The notes below the pieces were generated by a model. That model did no database searches and had not been told where the DNA came from. It saw nothing but the letters and a program-made list of their open reading frames with translations. This document shows positions 12,421 through 26,040 of a stretch of 64,000 nt of DNA, one piece after another; the stretch's first letter is position 1, and the number at the start of each line of letters is the position of its first letter. The stretch comes from Octopus vulgaris. Its lineage: Eukaryota. Both the position numbers and the translations under genes were made by a program. Location of the stretch: positions 141,298,001 through 141,362,000 of the forward strand of contig OX597816.1 of assembly GCA_951406725.2 (NCBI GenBank). The letters are read 5' to 3'.

Positions 12421-14513
12421 GTTATATTTAATTGAAATTTAATCAATCATCAATGTACTTTCCCTGATTATCTATGACTTCCTTCCATCTATTTACAAGC
12501 TTTTTAATCTCATCAATGTAAAAGCTAAGAACTCTGAAATGTCAGTTTTGATCTCTTCCTGGCTTGTGAAAGTTATATCCCCGAAATGATTCTGTAAACT
12601 ATGAAACAAATGGTAGTCTGAAGGAGCAAGGTCGGGAGAATAAGGTGGATGAGGAATTTTTTCTTTGATCTTCTGTGATGTGATCTTTGCAGTGTGGGGT
12701 CATGCATTGTCCTGATGAAACATCACTCCTTTTCAATTCACTAAAGTGAGTTTTTTTCTTCAAAGCTTGGTTTAAATGCTCTAATTGCTGACATAAGACT
12801 TGAGCATTGATTGTTGCATTAGGTGGTAACAATTCAAAGTGAATTACTCCTATGTAATCCCACCAGATAGAGAGAAGAACCTTTTTCCCATGAAGTTCCC
12901 TTCTCGGTTGTGGTTGAGCTTTTTCCCTTTTACTAAACCACTGTTTACGACATTTAACATTTCAATAGAAGATCCATTTTTCATCACCAGTCACAAGTCT
13001 ATCCAAAAAGGGTGAAATGAGTTCGTGAGAATGGAGAGAGGAGCAGCTGTCAACTTGGGATTTGCGGTTGCTTTCAGACAATTCACAAGGCACCCATTTT
13101 CCAAGTTTAGGAACCTTTCCAAGTTGTTGAAGATGATGATGAACAGTTGTATGGTTTGAACTAAGCTTTATTGCCAATTCTTCAACTGATAATGCAGGAT
13201 TTTCTTCAAGTAATGCCTTAAGGAGCTTATCATCAAACTCAACTGGACGTCCTGTTCGATCTTCATCTTCAAGGCTGAAATCTCCACTTCTGAATTTTGC
13301 AAACCACCTTCTGCAAGTTCTTTCATTCAAGCATTCTTTCCCATAAACTGAGTGTATGTTGTGAGTTGCTTCGGCTGCAGAGTTTCCTTTTTTTGTACTC
13401 ATAAAGCTTTATGTGCCTCAAATGCTCTTTGTATACTTCCATGTTAGAAAGGGTTTTAATCAAAGAAATTTTAATTCTATTATTATGTAAAATGATATTT
13501 AATTAGTTTAAATGTACACAAATGCATAAAAATAATTTTTAATTCCATTAGACATTCTAAAATACTATTAAATTTCATTCAATTTTAAAAAGGTAAAATT
13601 GGACAGAACTGATAGTTAGAGAATGGATATAGCAAGGAGAAATATTGAGATGCCAGACAAGAAACAAGATATCATTTGTGTCTGATTAGGTGAGAAGCTA
13701 AATGTCAGAAATCTGCTGATATTCTATGCTGTGAGAATGGAAGGTGTAAAGTGTTCTAAATTACAAAGCATAGTGTTTATAGAAATCAAGATGTTGAAAA
13801 AGATTATGTCCATTATGCACTTACTTTTATTGACAAAGACAAGAAGGAGACAGAGAAGTTTTATAATAGAAAGTTGTTGCACTTAACATTGACTGAGCAG
13901 ACTTATGATCAAAAGCATTTTAGCCCTATCAATCCTATCTTATTGTATATCTAAGACTACAGTGTTCAATGTATCTTCCCTGCTTAAAGGAAATTGAGTG
14001 TGATTTGAGGGAATTTGGCTGCTATTTCTTGTAAGTTGAGCAACTTCATAGAGGTTCTTTTGTTGGATCAATATAATAAAAGACTGTTGAAAGAGGATGA
14101 AGAATTTAATAGTGAGGGACTATTGCCAATGGAATCAACAAAGGGACTAGCTATCATAGTTAGTTCCAGAATAGTAGTTGTGTAGGATATATTTTCACAG
14201 AGTGTCTTCTGTGTGAAGAACATATAGTTAAGTGCAGGCTACCATACTCAGGGTGGTGAGCTAAAAATAATTTTAAACAGACAAGTGGAAAGTCATTAGC
14301 TTATACTCAAAAGTGACAAAACAGAGAACTTCCAGAAGTGCCATTGATCAAACATTAAGTAGTGATGCACAGGGGTGAGAATGAATGGGTCTTGATCTTT
14401 TCCCTCTCTGTGAGTAATTTAAATGAAAATTATTCGGTTCCAATGCAGAAACACATGCGATTTACTATTAAAGCCTGGTATCTTCCATCTTCATGTCATA
14501 TCATTCTTATACA

Positions 14514-14588
<75 letters not shown>

Positions 14589-14849
14589 GATATATGCTAG
14601 TTATTCCCTTAGTTAATCATTGCTGTTTAACTTCAGGTCAGCCCTGACCCAACATACCTGAATAAAAGGTTATGAGCAGGAAATATTTTGGCTCTGGTTG
14701 ACTGCTGGCCCTTTGCAAAGTCAAAGCAAAACTAATCATGAAATACTGCTTCCACACCTGGGATGGTGGTGCTGCTGTTACATAAAAACATCCTAGTGTG
14801 TATTACCAGTCAGCCTGGTCTTTTGTCATCTCACCTGTGAGATTCAAAG

Positions 14850-15870
14850 TCCTGAGATTAGCCTTCAGCTTTTCATCCCATTTCTTTATGGCTTTCTCTC
14901 TTCTGCCAACTCCATCTACATTAAGACATTGACACTTCTTTACACAGCTGTCTTCATTCATACACATCACGTGTCCATACCAGCATAGTCTTCTTTCTCA
15001 CACACTACATCTGATCCCTCTTATACTCAGTTTTCTCTTGGTATATTTGTATTGCTCATGCACACTTGCATTACTCAGTCAGCTGAGCATGTTTGTTTCT
15101 TTTCTTTCTAGTCTTTTCAAGTCCATGTCTCAATACCTCACAGTATTGCAGTTCTAACACAAGCATTGTGCAATCTGCCCTTTACTCTGAGGGAAAAGAC
15201 TTTTGTAACCAGCAGCAGTAGTAGCTCCCTGACCTTTCTCCAACCCATACTTAACTTGGCTAACACCACCCCTGCTAATTACATCTTGGTAACAAAAGCT
15301 ATCAGCCACTTTGAGTGAGCCATTTAAGCATGTAAAAGAACCTATTTTTGACATACACATAGTATGTACTGCTCCAGTGCATCTATCACATATGAAGCTT
15401 ATATTCTCTGTTAGTCAGTCCATAGAATCACAGCTCTTGTGTGTCTATGGCTTACAATGAGTACACTGTATGAAATTTATGGCTTATAGTCTTTTTCTGC
15501 ATATTACCATCATCCTGTCTTTTTTTTTCTACTTACTAAAACCATCTTTGCTAAGTTTACTTTAAGACCTCTCAATTCTAGGTTTAGATCCCACGCTCAG
15601 AATTTCCTCTCTAATTCTCCATTAGATTCAGCAATGAGAATTAGATCAACTCCTCTCTGAAATCCTTTAAGATTATAATAAATAGAAGAGGCCTAAGGAA
15701 TCAAGTTCTGATGGACTTCTATGTTCACAAGAAATTCATCATTGAAATCATTGTTGACTCTCACTTTACTTACTGTATCTCTGCATGTAGCTTATGCAAC
15801 CTTCACAAGCCATTTGTCAACACCAAGTTTTCTCAATTACCACCCAATTACTGAATGTGGTATCCTGTCA
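14850..15870 (-). mobile_element. RTE-clade LINE relic (RT C-terminal half)
   Basis: Degenerate VHQ..L.P.LFII near 15680-15720, LKVADSFCY, LRWYGH-like (ctatgctggtatggacac) near 14970. Confidence 0.65.
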
Positions 15871-16079
15871 AACACTTACACACACACACACACAACATGC
15901 ATATGCACATACATATACGTCTATAAATATACATGTGTGTGTGTGTGTGTGTGTGTATGCACCCTCACCACCGCCACCATGTGTATATAAGAGAGATGGA
16001 GTATTTAGGTCTGGTCATCAACATGCTGAGATGAGTGGTTTTGCAAGAAACCTCCAATCTAAGAATGGTTGTTAGATGA

Positions 16080-17060
16080 AGCCCTTGAGTTGATAATTTA
16101 GCTATGGCATTCATATATTTGAAGTTCTTCTGGAGCATGATGTTGGAGAGCAAGCCTTGATTGAGTTACTATTTTATATTTGATTGCTCCTACTAAAAGA
16201 AGAAAACATGCGTTTTCTTCCATGAAGAGAAGGATTCTTTCTTTTATGATGAAGATCACTGAAATAGAAACATAACAAAGAAAATTAAATACGCCATTAA
16301 CTACCATACATAGAATACTTCATCCAAAAGAAAAAGAATTTAGTAGCTACAAAAACAGGATACAGAAGCTAAAAAAGGCTCTGAATTTGAGTGATAAGAG
16401 AAATTTAATAAAACTAGCCACTAATGGCAGAAAACAATTTGCTACTTCCTTATCTACAAATGATGGAAGGCATGTGTATGGATATCTCATTAGAAGGTCT
16501 TTGAAGGAATCTGGAATTTGTGGCTGGGATTGCATCATAAACCAAAAACATTACCAATAGAATTCTTTGAACTGTAGAAAGTAATGAACATCAGTTTGTT
16601 TCAAAGTGTTATCTCCTTGGATAAATCAAGACTTACCAACTCACTGATGGATGTCTAAGAAAATCAAAAGAAAAAGTCAATGCTGACAAGAATATTTTAC
16701 AAAAGCATCATCTTCTCTATACAAGAATAACTTATTAATTTCAGACTGGCAATGTACCAATATGATAATGCTCCTGCTCATTCAGCCAAAGTAGTCAAAT
16801 GGTCTCTCCAAGATCATGAAAACAAGATTTTGTTTTGGCCTGGACTGTCTCCAGACCTTGTGGTAAATTTATGCAGATCATTAAGTCAAAGCTGATTCCA
16901 AGAACTTTTATAAACAGCATTTTATTATTTACAGCATTTGAGCAAAATTTGGTATAAATCAGAGTCTACAGTGTTGAAAATATTTGCTGACAGTATGATT
17001 AAAATAAATAAACACTACAATATAATCAATCATGCCAGAACTATTGATTATTTCATTTTA
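16080..17060 (+). mobile_element. Tc1-like transposase relic
   Basis: DNAPAHSAKVVKW at ~16764 and FWPGLSPDL at ~16833. Confidence 0.6.
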
Positions 17061-17479
17061 GTTAGGAATAAACATAAATTCTGGTTTTTAAAAGTTTGAA
17101 TACTGACAAAAAAAAATTGATTTCATTGAAAATAATGTTTTTGAAGAAATTAAAACCTTGCAGATGTTCAGTTTGTATGTTCAGTTTGCATGTATAAATA
17201 TTCTTCATACAATTTGCACTACAGAACATTCCTTTCAGCTGTTGATAGGAGATTACAGTTATTTTGGCACCGTCTAACTGTATTTCCTCCTCCAACAATG
17301 TTTAGGAACATAAATGTTAACAGGTAATGTTCAAGTCCTTTTAGCCCATAGTAATGCTTCTTTTCTTATTACTGTTGTCCATTCAGCTGTAACCACTCCA
17401 GCTATGCAGCAACTATTCTGTTTTACTGCTTGCTGAGGATTTCTTATTTGTTCCCAGTTTTGGTTTTTCTCTCTTATGT

Positions 17480-17680
17480 CTCTGCCATATCCTTAGCAAA
17501 ACATTTTCTGCTTTCCTCTCCATCTATCACTGCTCTGCTATCCTTCCTAAGTCCAATACCATCAAGGAAAGATATTGTGGATCTAGATATACACTCATGA
17601 TTTCCTGCTTCGAGTGATAGCACCATATACTTTTGTCTTCGTGCTTCATATGATTCCCCAAGTTCTTCAAATTTTAGGCC
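17480..17680 (-). mobile_element. Possible RLE-type (HERO/NeSL-like) LINE 3' relic
   Basis: Minus-strand peptide EELGESYEARRQKY..LEAG..RSTISFLDGIG...AE...IW resembles the endonuclease C-terminus. Confidence 0.35.
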
Positions 17681-18087
17681 CTTCTGAAAATGCTGTCAAC
17701 TCAAAAATCAAAACTTTTTACATTATCAGACATAAGAATAGGACATAGCTTTCCTATTGTAATGTGGTTTAGGAATATGAGGACTTCCTTCAAATCCACT
17801 TGAGGTTGTAATCTTTAATAGCATTCAAAAGCCTGGGCTTTCCTTTGTTAACATTCCAGCATTGTCCTTTGTCACCTTCCAAGTGGAAAACAACAGAAAA
17901 TTATTGATTCTCATTGTATTAATACTGCAGTATTTAGAATTGTTATCATAGCACATCGGCAATAATAGTTCAGACTTGGACATAGCACCAGATATACTTT
18001 GCAAAGATGACTTACATACTGTTAGAATATACACCAATGAAGCAGAGCCTCCAAGTCGATATTCACCAGCTCCATGATTTAATATTC

Positions 18088-18300
18088 TTTTTTCCTTTAG
18101 GCACAAGGCACGGAATTTTTGGGGAGGGGACCAGTCAATTAGATCAACCCCAGTGCACAACTGGTACTTAATTTATCAACCCTGAAAGGATGAAAGGCAA
18201 AGTCGACCGTGGCAGAATTTGAACTCAGGAGGTAAAGACAGACAAAATACCACTAAGCATTTTGCCTAGTATGCTAACGTTTCTGCCAGCTCACTGCCAT
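18088..18300 (-). mobile_element. SINE family C
   Basis: ctggtacttaatttatcaaccctgaaaggatgaaaggcaaagtcgacc. Confidence 0.8.
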
Positions 18301-19239
18301 CCCATGACTTAATATTGGTGGAGGATGGAAACACATTGTGACTCTGCTTAAAAAGTAGTAAACAATCTGCTTGGTTTCATTTTCCACAACATGCTCCTTA
18401 ACAGTTTGTTCCTCTCTTCTATTTCCTATGTTGTCCACCTATTTGTATTGTCTCCACAGTCCTACTGCTTTAATTGCACACTCCACCCCTTCAATATTGT
18501 GAATTTCTTTAGTTACAATATCTTGCTTACCTTTATTATACTGAAGGAATAGCCACTTGTTCCATATCCATCTCATTCCAGCCCACACATTGTGCATCAC
18601 ACCAAATGTCTCTTTCATTTCCAGATAGATATTTACCTCTTCAACAGGCTCTCTTCAATCTCCATTCCTTTCCTATCAACACAGTTGACAAAGCTGGAGT
18701 GGTGGAGGACAAACACAGAGACATACATGCATATATGTATAATGTACAATGGGCCATTTTCAGTTTCCAAATCCAAATCCACCCTCAAGGATTTTGTTGG
18801 CCCAGGACTGTAGTATAAGATGCTTGCCCAAGGTGCTACACAGTGAACCCAGAACCATGTGGTTGGAACCTGACACCCCATATTCAAGACAGACAGTGAC
18901 TTTTTGTGGTTTGGGTAAGAAGTTAACATTGTTAGAAAAATTCATTCAACCAAGTTAGCAGACTTTTTGCTTCTGTTCTTGTTTTCAATATGGTAGGGAT
19001 TTCCTCCATAAAGACACAGCAGTAGTAGTGCCAGCCATGTACTATTGTGAGATAAGGACACCCATGAATAAGAAAAATTGAGTAAGTGAAGTTAGATCTC
19101 AGGTCAATGAGACTTTCAAATGACACCATGAAACTAATAAAGATTGACAAAATTGTTAAAATATTGATGATGCAACGATATATGCATCTCTATGCATATA
19201 TACATACATATAAATATGTATATGTGTGTGTGTGTGTGT

Positions 19240-19538
19240 GGAGGCACATGACCTAGTGGTTAGAGCAGTGGACTTGCGGTCGAGAGATTGCGGGTTCAAA
19301 TCTCAGACTGGCTGATAGTGTGTTTATGAGCGAAACCCCTAAGCTCCATGCGGCTCTGGCAGAAGGTAATGGTGAACTTCTGCTGACTCTTTCACCACAA
19401 CTTTCTCTCACTCTTTCCTCCTGCATCATGCAGCTCACCTGCGATGGACTGGTGCCCCGTCCAAGTGGGGAATCTATACGCCAAGGAAACTGGGAAACCA
19501 GCCCTATGAGCTAGGCATTGCTCGAGAAGGAATAAACA

Positions 19539-19540
<2 letters not shown>
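19240..19540 (+). mobile_element. tRNA-derived SINE family D (V-domain-like block)
   Basis: A box tgacctagtggt, B box ggttcaaatct, ctgcgatggactgg.g.ccc.tcca block shared with 43060. Confidence 0.8.
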
Positions 19541-19571
<31 letters not shown>

Positions 19572-19629
19572 CACTCACACACACACATGAATGCATATAC
19601 ATATGTACGTACATACATTCATGCACACA

Positions 19630-20575
19630 CAAGGGGTGGCTTAAAAGTTCTTAGGCTGACCAAGATACTTTCATGAAGTGTGACCAAATGAGGTTTGTCT
19701 TTCAACATAGTCCCCCTTGTAGTCCACAAAATTCTTCCATTGGTGTTGTAGTGCTTGAATCCCTTTGGTGAAGAAGCTTTAATCCTGTTGGTTAAAAATG
19801 TCATGCACAGCAGACATGATGTCATCATCACTGTGATTCTGATACCCAGTCAAATGGTTTTGCATGTTTGGGGAACAAATGATAATCAGATGGAGCCAAA
19901 TAAGGAGAATAGAATGAGTGATCAACCAGTTCAAAGCCACAGTCACACACAGCAGCCATTGAAACCAATGACTTATGTACTGGAGCATTGTCCTCACGAC
20001 ATGAGCTCTTTTGCCAGTTCTTCTGGGCACTTGATCTTGATAGCCTTTTGTTACTGCCTCAGCAAGTCGGCATAGTACTCTCGATTGATGGTGTGGCTCT
20101 TTTGAAAATATTCAATAAACACAATGTTTTTTTGCATTAAAAAAAACTGAGGCCATCACCATCTCTGCAGATGAAACAACCTTTGGCTTTCTTTTGGAGC
20201 AGGTGAGGAGGGATGTTTTCACTGCATGCATTGTCTCTTTGTCTCTGGTTCAAAGTGATGATGCAAACATTCATCCAGAGTTAGCAAATGTTCAACAAAA
20301 CCAGCTGGGTCTGCCTCAAACAATGTTAGATTTTCCTGTGATGTGATCAGCCTGGTGCACTTTTGATCAGGTGTCAGATGTGGCACCCACTGAGCAGAAA
20401 CCTTCCTCATACCAAGTTTATTGTGCAGAATATTCTCAACTCCCTCATAGGATATGCTTATAGCATTGGCTGTTTGATTTATAGTCACTTGCCTATCATC
20501 CATTGCCATGTGGTGAACATGATCAACTGGTGGCAGTTGCAGGACATCGAAACCTTGGGTCATCTTCAAGACTCT
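19630..20575 (-). mobile_element. Mariner relic
   Basis: LGMRKVSAQWVPHLTPDQK, TLDECLHHHFEPETKRQ; TIR-like end caaggggtggcttaaaagtt. Confidence 0.8.
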
Positions 20576-20584
20576 CCCTTCCCC

Positions 20585-21607
20585 TCCTATTCAGCTTCTT
20601 ATACTTGAAAGGTCGCACACCAAAAGAGACTTTCGATGAGATGAAAGAAGTTTACAGTGTTGATGCACTATCATACGATGTAGTCAAGCACTGGCATCGC
20701 CAGTTCAAATGTGGTTGGACATCGGCAGAAACTGCTCCTATTCCTGGACAACCACATTCTGCCATTGATGATGAGACCATACACTATTTTGGGGGATCGT
20801 CTCATAATTATTTGGCAATTATCCCAAGAAATGAAGATAAGTGTAGGGTCCATGGAAAAAATTCTTCATGACCATTTGCACATGCGGAAGTTGTCTACAT
20901 GAGGGATTCCCTAGATACTCACACCTTTTCAGAAGCAAGAATGAGTCAATTGCTCCAAGGCTCTTTTGGCAATGTGCCAAGAAAATGACTTATTACACAG
21001 GATGAACATGGGTCCATTACTATGATCCTGAGACTAAAGTTCAGCTGAAGCAATGGAAATATAACTTACTGCCTTCAAAGAAGGCTTGTGTCCAGCCCTC
21101 AGCAGGCAAGGTGATGTTCACAATCTTTTGGGACCAGCACGGAGTATTGATGATGGATTTTCTGGCAAAAGTCACTTCAATTAACGGGGAATTTTATGTT
21201 TCTCTGCCATAGAAATTATGGGATGCCATCAAAGTAGAGAGGTGTGGCATGCTGACCAAAGGAGTCTGCCTCCTCTGAGACAACAACCCAGTTAATAATG
21301 CATACGTTGCCCAGATGAAAGCATATTTCTTTGGCTATGAAATCCTTCCTCATTCCCCTTACTCTTCTTACCTCACATCATCTTACTTCCATCTCTTTTC
21401 AATCACAAAGTCTCTTTGAAGGGGAAGTACTTTTTGGTTGATGATGACCTTATTTCTGAGGTAAAGTCTTGGCTCCAGATGCAATCTACTGACTTCTACA
21501 AACGGGGTCTTGTGGCTATGTAGAGAGGGACTAATAATTATGCCAAGTTTCATTTATACCTGTCCTTGAAAGGTGGTTCAGGGGAAATCTTTAATGAACA
21601 TCCCTCG
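20585..21607 (+). mobile_element. Mariner relic, head-to-head with the previous one
   Basis: FLYLKGRTPKETFDEMKEVY, HLHMRKLS, QDE.WVHYYDPETK, PHSPYS..L..S.FHLF; ends atgaacatccctcg-TA. Confidence 0.85.
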
Positions 21608-22881
21608 TATGTACAAAAATACCCTGTTGATGTTGTTGAAATTCCAATGAAGGAGCCTTGGATCGAGGTTTATGGCTCTTTCTTTATGGGTAAGAAATCT
21701 TGAAATAAAACTGAATAGTGACATACTTACATAAATACGTATGTATGTATGTATGTCATTATTCACTTCTATTGGCAAAAAATCTTGAAATAAAACTGAA
21801 TAATTACATGCATGCATACATACACACATACATATAATAGACAGAAATAATGAGTTATGTACATTTATTTGTTTATTATAGGTTTACAGTTGTTACAAAT
21901 AGGCATTTGAGTGTGTTCATGGCTCAGTTTTATCAATTGATCAATTGATTAACTGAAAATATAGGGAACGGCCCTCACAATATCTTTCATCAGAGTCAAA
22001 AAATTATCAACTGCCAAAGAAGAAAAGAGAAGAAAAAGGATAGAATTTGGTTGGTGTGACATTATACAGAACTAAGTTGCCTGTTTCTAGCCACCAGTCT
22101 TAAGCTATTGTTCTTTCTTACCACTGGTGAATAGTATTGACGTCCAGTAAAGAAATTTGATACCCACAACCGCTTTATGGTCAGTGGCAGGTTTTTGGTA
22201 TTTACTACTATATTTTTGGCAACTATGTTATGTCATGAAGGAGATTTTGGTTTACTGCTATATTTTTGGGAGTTATGTGAAGGTATTGCTTATTATTTTA
22301 AGCCTGAAGTATTAACGTCTGTCTAATTAATTACCAGGAATTCATATAAGTACAAAACAGTTAACAGAAGAACTAGCAATCAGAGATTATAAATAAATAA
22401 ATTATAACAGTTAAAGAAACTTTAAACATAAGACCACATATAATCTTAAATTATAGGACTAGGTGTCATTGGTGCAGTTACATAAGGAAGGCTAAGATAT
22501 GATTCTTGAATAGGGTGGTAGAGTAAATTACACAAGTGCTAAGTAAAGAAGATAAATCTGAAACAAAATCAAATAAAACCAAAGTAAAACAAGAGCAATA
22601 AAAACAAAAATAAAAAGGGACAAGTAAGGAAATGGATATATGAAAATAAATATAAGAAATAAAAAGGGATGTCTTCTTGTCAACAAACAAGTAGAGAAAA
22701 GAGACAAGGAAAAGGAATCTTCTGTAATTTAAGCAATTGAGAAAATTGATGATTACCATCTAATTCAAAAATGCATTATCTCCAAACTATTAGACAAGGA
22801 AGATTTGCAGGTGTTATCGTATCCATTTGTTCACATGATCAATTATTGAGGGAATGATTTAAAGGTTTTGTTGCAAAAATG

Positions 22882-23455
22882 AGGCATGATTGTGTGGTAA
22901 GAAGCTTGCTTCAAAGGCGACGAGCTGGTAGAAATGTTAGCATGCCGGGCGAAATGCTTAGCGGTATTTTGTCTACTGTTACATTCTGAGTTCAAATTCT
23001 GCCGAGGTTGACTTTGACTTTCATACTTTCAGGGTCGTTAAATTAAGTACCAATTATGCACTGGGGTCAATGTAATCAATTTAATCCATTTGCCTGGTCT
23101 TGTTTGTCCCCTCTATGTTTAGCCCCTTGTGGGCAATAAAAAAAAAAGCTTGTTTCCCAACCACCTTGGGCCAACCAAAACCTTGTGAGTGGATTTGGTA
23201 GACAGAAACTGAAAGAAGTCCATCATATATATGTGTGTGTGTGTGTATGTGTGTCTGTCTGTCTGTTTGTTCCCCACCACCACTTGACAACTGGTGTTTG
23301 TGTGTTTGCATCCCCATAATTTAGTAGTTTGCCCAAAGAGACTGATAGCACAAGTACTGAGTTTAAGAAAAAAGGACTGGGGTTGACTCACACAACTAAA
23401 AATTCAAGACAGTGCCCCAGCATGGCTGCAGTTTAATGACTAAAACAAATAAGGG
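22882..23455 (+). mobile_element. SINE family B carrying a nested family C SINE (~22913-23145)
   Basis: Duplication aagcttgctt / aagcttgttt flanks the inner SINE. Confidence 0.8.
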
Positions 23456-23789
23456 ATAAAAGGTCTTACTGCTAATTCATCCCTTTTATTTAGGATGTTA
23501 TGCTCTGATGTAAGTATCAACAATGATTCTTCTAGGTGAAGCTCACATCTGGTTTTCTGCACATCATACAAAGGTGTACTGCTAAATATTATACTTAGTT
23601 GTTTTAAAGGCATCAAGTTGGCAGATATGTTAATGTGCTGGGTGAAATGCTTATTGGAACTTTGTCCATCTTCGTGTTCTGAATTCAAATTCTGCAATGG
23701 TCAATATTATAACTATGTCTTTGAAAGGCCTAATGAGGTTGGGCTTTCTTTATTCCTATGTCTAAATGATGAGTTATAATCATAATATT

Positions 23790-24235
23790 ATTTTCACATT
23801 TTGGCACAAGGCCAGCAGCTTCAGGGAAGGGGATATGTCAATTATATCGACCCCAGCGCTCAATTGGTACTTACTTTGTTGACCCTGAAAGGATGAAAGG
23901 CAAAGTCACCCTTGGCAGAATATGAACCCAGAATGTAGTGAACTAAAGCTGCTAAGCATTCTGCTCAGTGTGCTAACAGTTCTGCCAGCTTGCAGCTTTA
24001 CAAAGACATAATTATAATATGGGCTTCACATTTTGGCATGAGACCAGCAGCTTTGGGGAAGGGGTAAGCTGATTGCATTGACCTCAGTACTTAACTGGTA
24101 CTTATTTTATCGACCCTGTAAAGATGAAAGGCAAGGTCAACCTTGGTGGAATTTGAAGTCAGAATGTAAAGATGGATGAAATACCACTAAGCATCTTGCC
24201 TGGCATGCTAACAATTCTGCCAGCTTGCCACCTAA
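23790..24235 (-). mobile_element. Two tandem family C SINE copies
   Basis: ttcaca.ttttggca...ctgccagcttg block occurs twice (23790-24000 and 24025-24235). Confidence 0.8.
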
Positions 24236-24748
24236 CAAAGACAGTGTTATAATATTGAGACTTGAAAGCTGTTACACAAGGGCACTATGTAATGGTAAAC
24301 TGTGTTATCCATAACAACTGGGCATCTATAAACTAGGTTCTTCTTAAGGCAGTGTTCATCTAACGGATATTTATTAGAGTCCCTATGTTACAACTATTGT
24401 TGTTGTTGTTGTTGCTGCTGTTTTTCTTGTTTTTGTTGTTACTTCTAGTCATAAAATCATGCCTGTTGCTATTCTGCATATTGTTATTCATATCCTCATC
24501 ACTATTATTTTTAATTCCACCCCTACTTTTATTGCTATTGACATTACTGTTGTGCTTATCCCTATTATTGTTCTTTTTATTACTATCTTTATCACCATCT
24601 TGCTTTTTACGAGTTCTATTATGCTTATTGCTATTAGCATTGTTTCCAATATAATGTTTACGACCACAACCACTGATATTATTATTATTTTGAATAGTGC
24701 TATTTCCATAATATGGAGAGTATACACACACACACAAACACACGCACA

Positions 24749-24779
<31 letters not shown>

Positions 24780-24877
24780 TCTCTCTCTTTCTCCATGTTA
24801 TGGAAATGTTATGTTCTTGAAAATCTTGCAGTAATATGGGATTTCTTAATGCAAAAAGGGAGGACACCTGAGTATGA

Positions 24878-24926
<49 letters not shown>

Positions 24927-25516
24927 GTATGTATGTATATAATTTTTTGCTTGTTTTAGTCATTGAACTGTGGCCATGCTGGAGCCTTAAAGAGTTAAGT
25001 TAAACAAATTAATTGCCCCGCTACTATTTTAAGTCTGGTACTAATTCAACTGGTCTCTTCTGCCAAGCTTTTAAGTCACAGGGGTGTAAACAAACCGACA
25101 CCTGTTGTCAAGTTGTGGTAGATGACAAACACAAGGATACATACATACATACATACATGCATGCATACACACATGTAGATAAAGCTTACTTGGAAATGGA
25201 TGTGTGGCGTTTGATCATATAATAATATAAATAATATATATATATAGATATGCATATATACATACATATATGTACATACCTACATATATATGTATATATA
25301 CATGCATATATGGGTACAGGATGTAAAAAAAATGTGAACAAAATGAAAAACGAGAATGTAAAAAAACTTTGAAACTGCCACCTAGGTCGCAGTTTCAAAG
25401 CAACGAAAATATTTTGGGAAATTAAATTTAAATGTTGAAGTGAATCTAATGTTTTTTGTGTGTTTCTTAAATGGCTTATAAACACCTTCCATGCTGCAAT
25501 TGTTTTTTTTATATAT

Positions 25517-25589
<73 letters not shown>

Positions 25590-25859
25590 CATACACACAC
25601 ACACACACACATGGAAACTGAAAATTTTGGAGTATTTTCCTATTTCTTGTTTCATTATACAAATAATATTTCTACAATTCTCAATTGTAATATATATTTT
25701 GAGCTAACATACAGCAGCAACTGAGACTACATATTGGATTGTAATAATGGAATAACCAGATGTGCTTCAAGGGGAAATGACTGAGATTTTGGGATTTACC
25801 CTACCCATATGTATATATATATATATTTATTTGTCATGTTGAACCATTAATTCTTACAT

Positions 25860-26040
25860 ATATATTTTTCCTCTCTCTGCTTTTTCATACTCTCTCCATT
25901 TTTTCCTCTCAATCCTTTCTGTTGAAGAGTGTAGGCTCAAAACATCAAAGACTTTTCCATTCTTCCCGAGTGTTAAACTAACACACCTGTTTATTGTTCC
26001 TTCACCTCTTTTTGTCTTTTATTTTCTGTAAATTTGAACT
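25860..26040 (+). repeat. TA-flanked short element with a degenerate hammerhead-like core
   Basis: ctttctgTTGAAGAgtgtaggctcAAAAcATCaaag at ~25915-25950. Confidence 0.35.

Larger units (their letters stand above)
10546..13612 (-). mobile_element. Mariner transposon, decayed, interrupted by a 1.8-kb SINE insertion
   Basis: TA-tcaggtcatcccataagttctgtc left end and partly deleted ggacagaactga-TA right end; transposase motifs ERTCRRWFAKFRSGDFSLEDEDRTGRP, WVPCEL, GDEKW, HPPYSPDLAPSDYHLF at 12600-13440. Confidence 0.9.
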
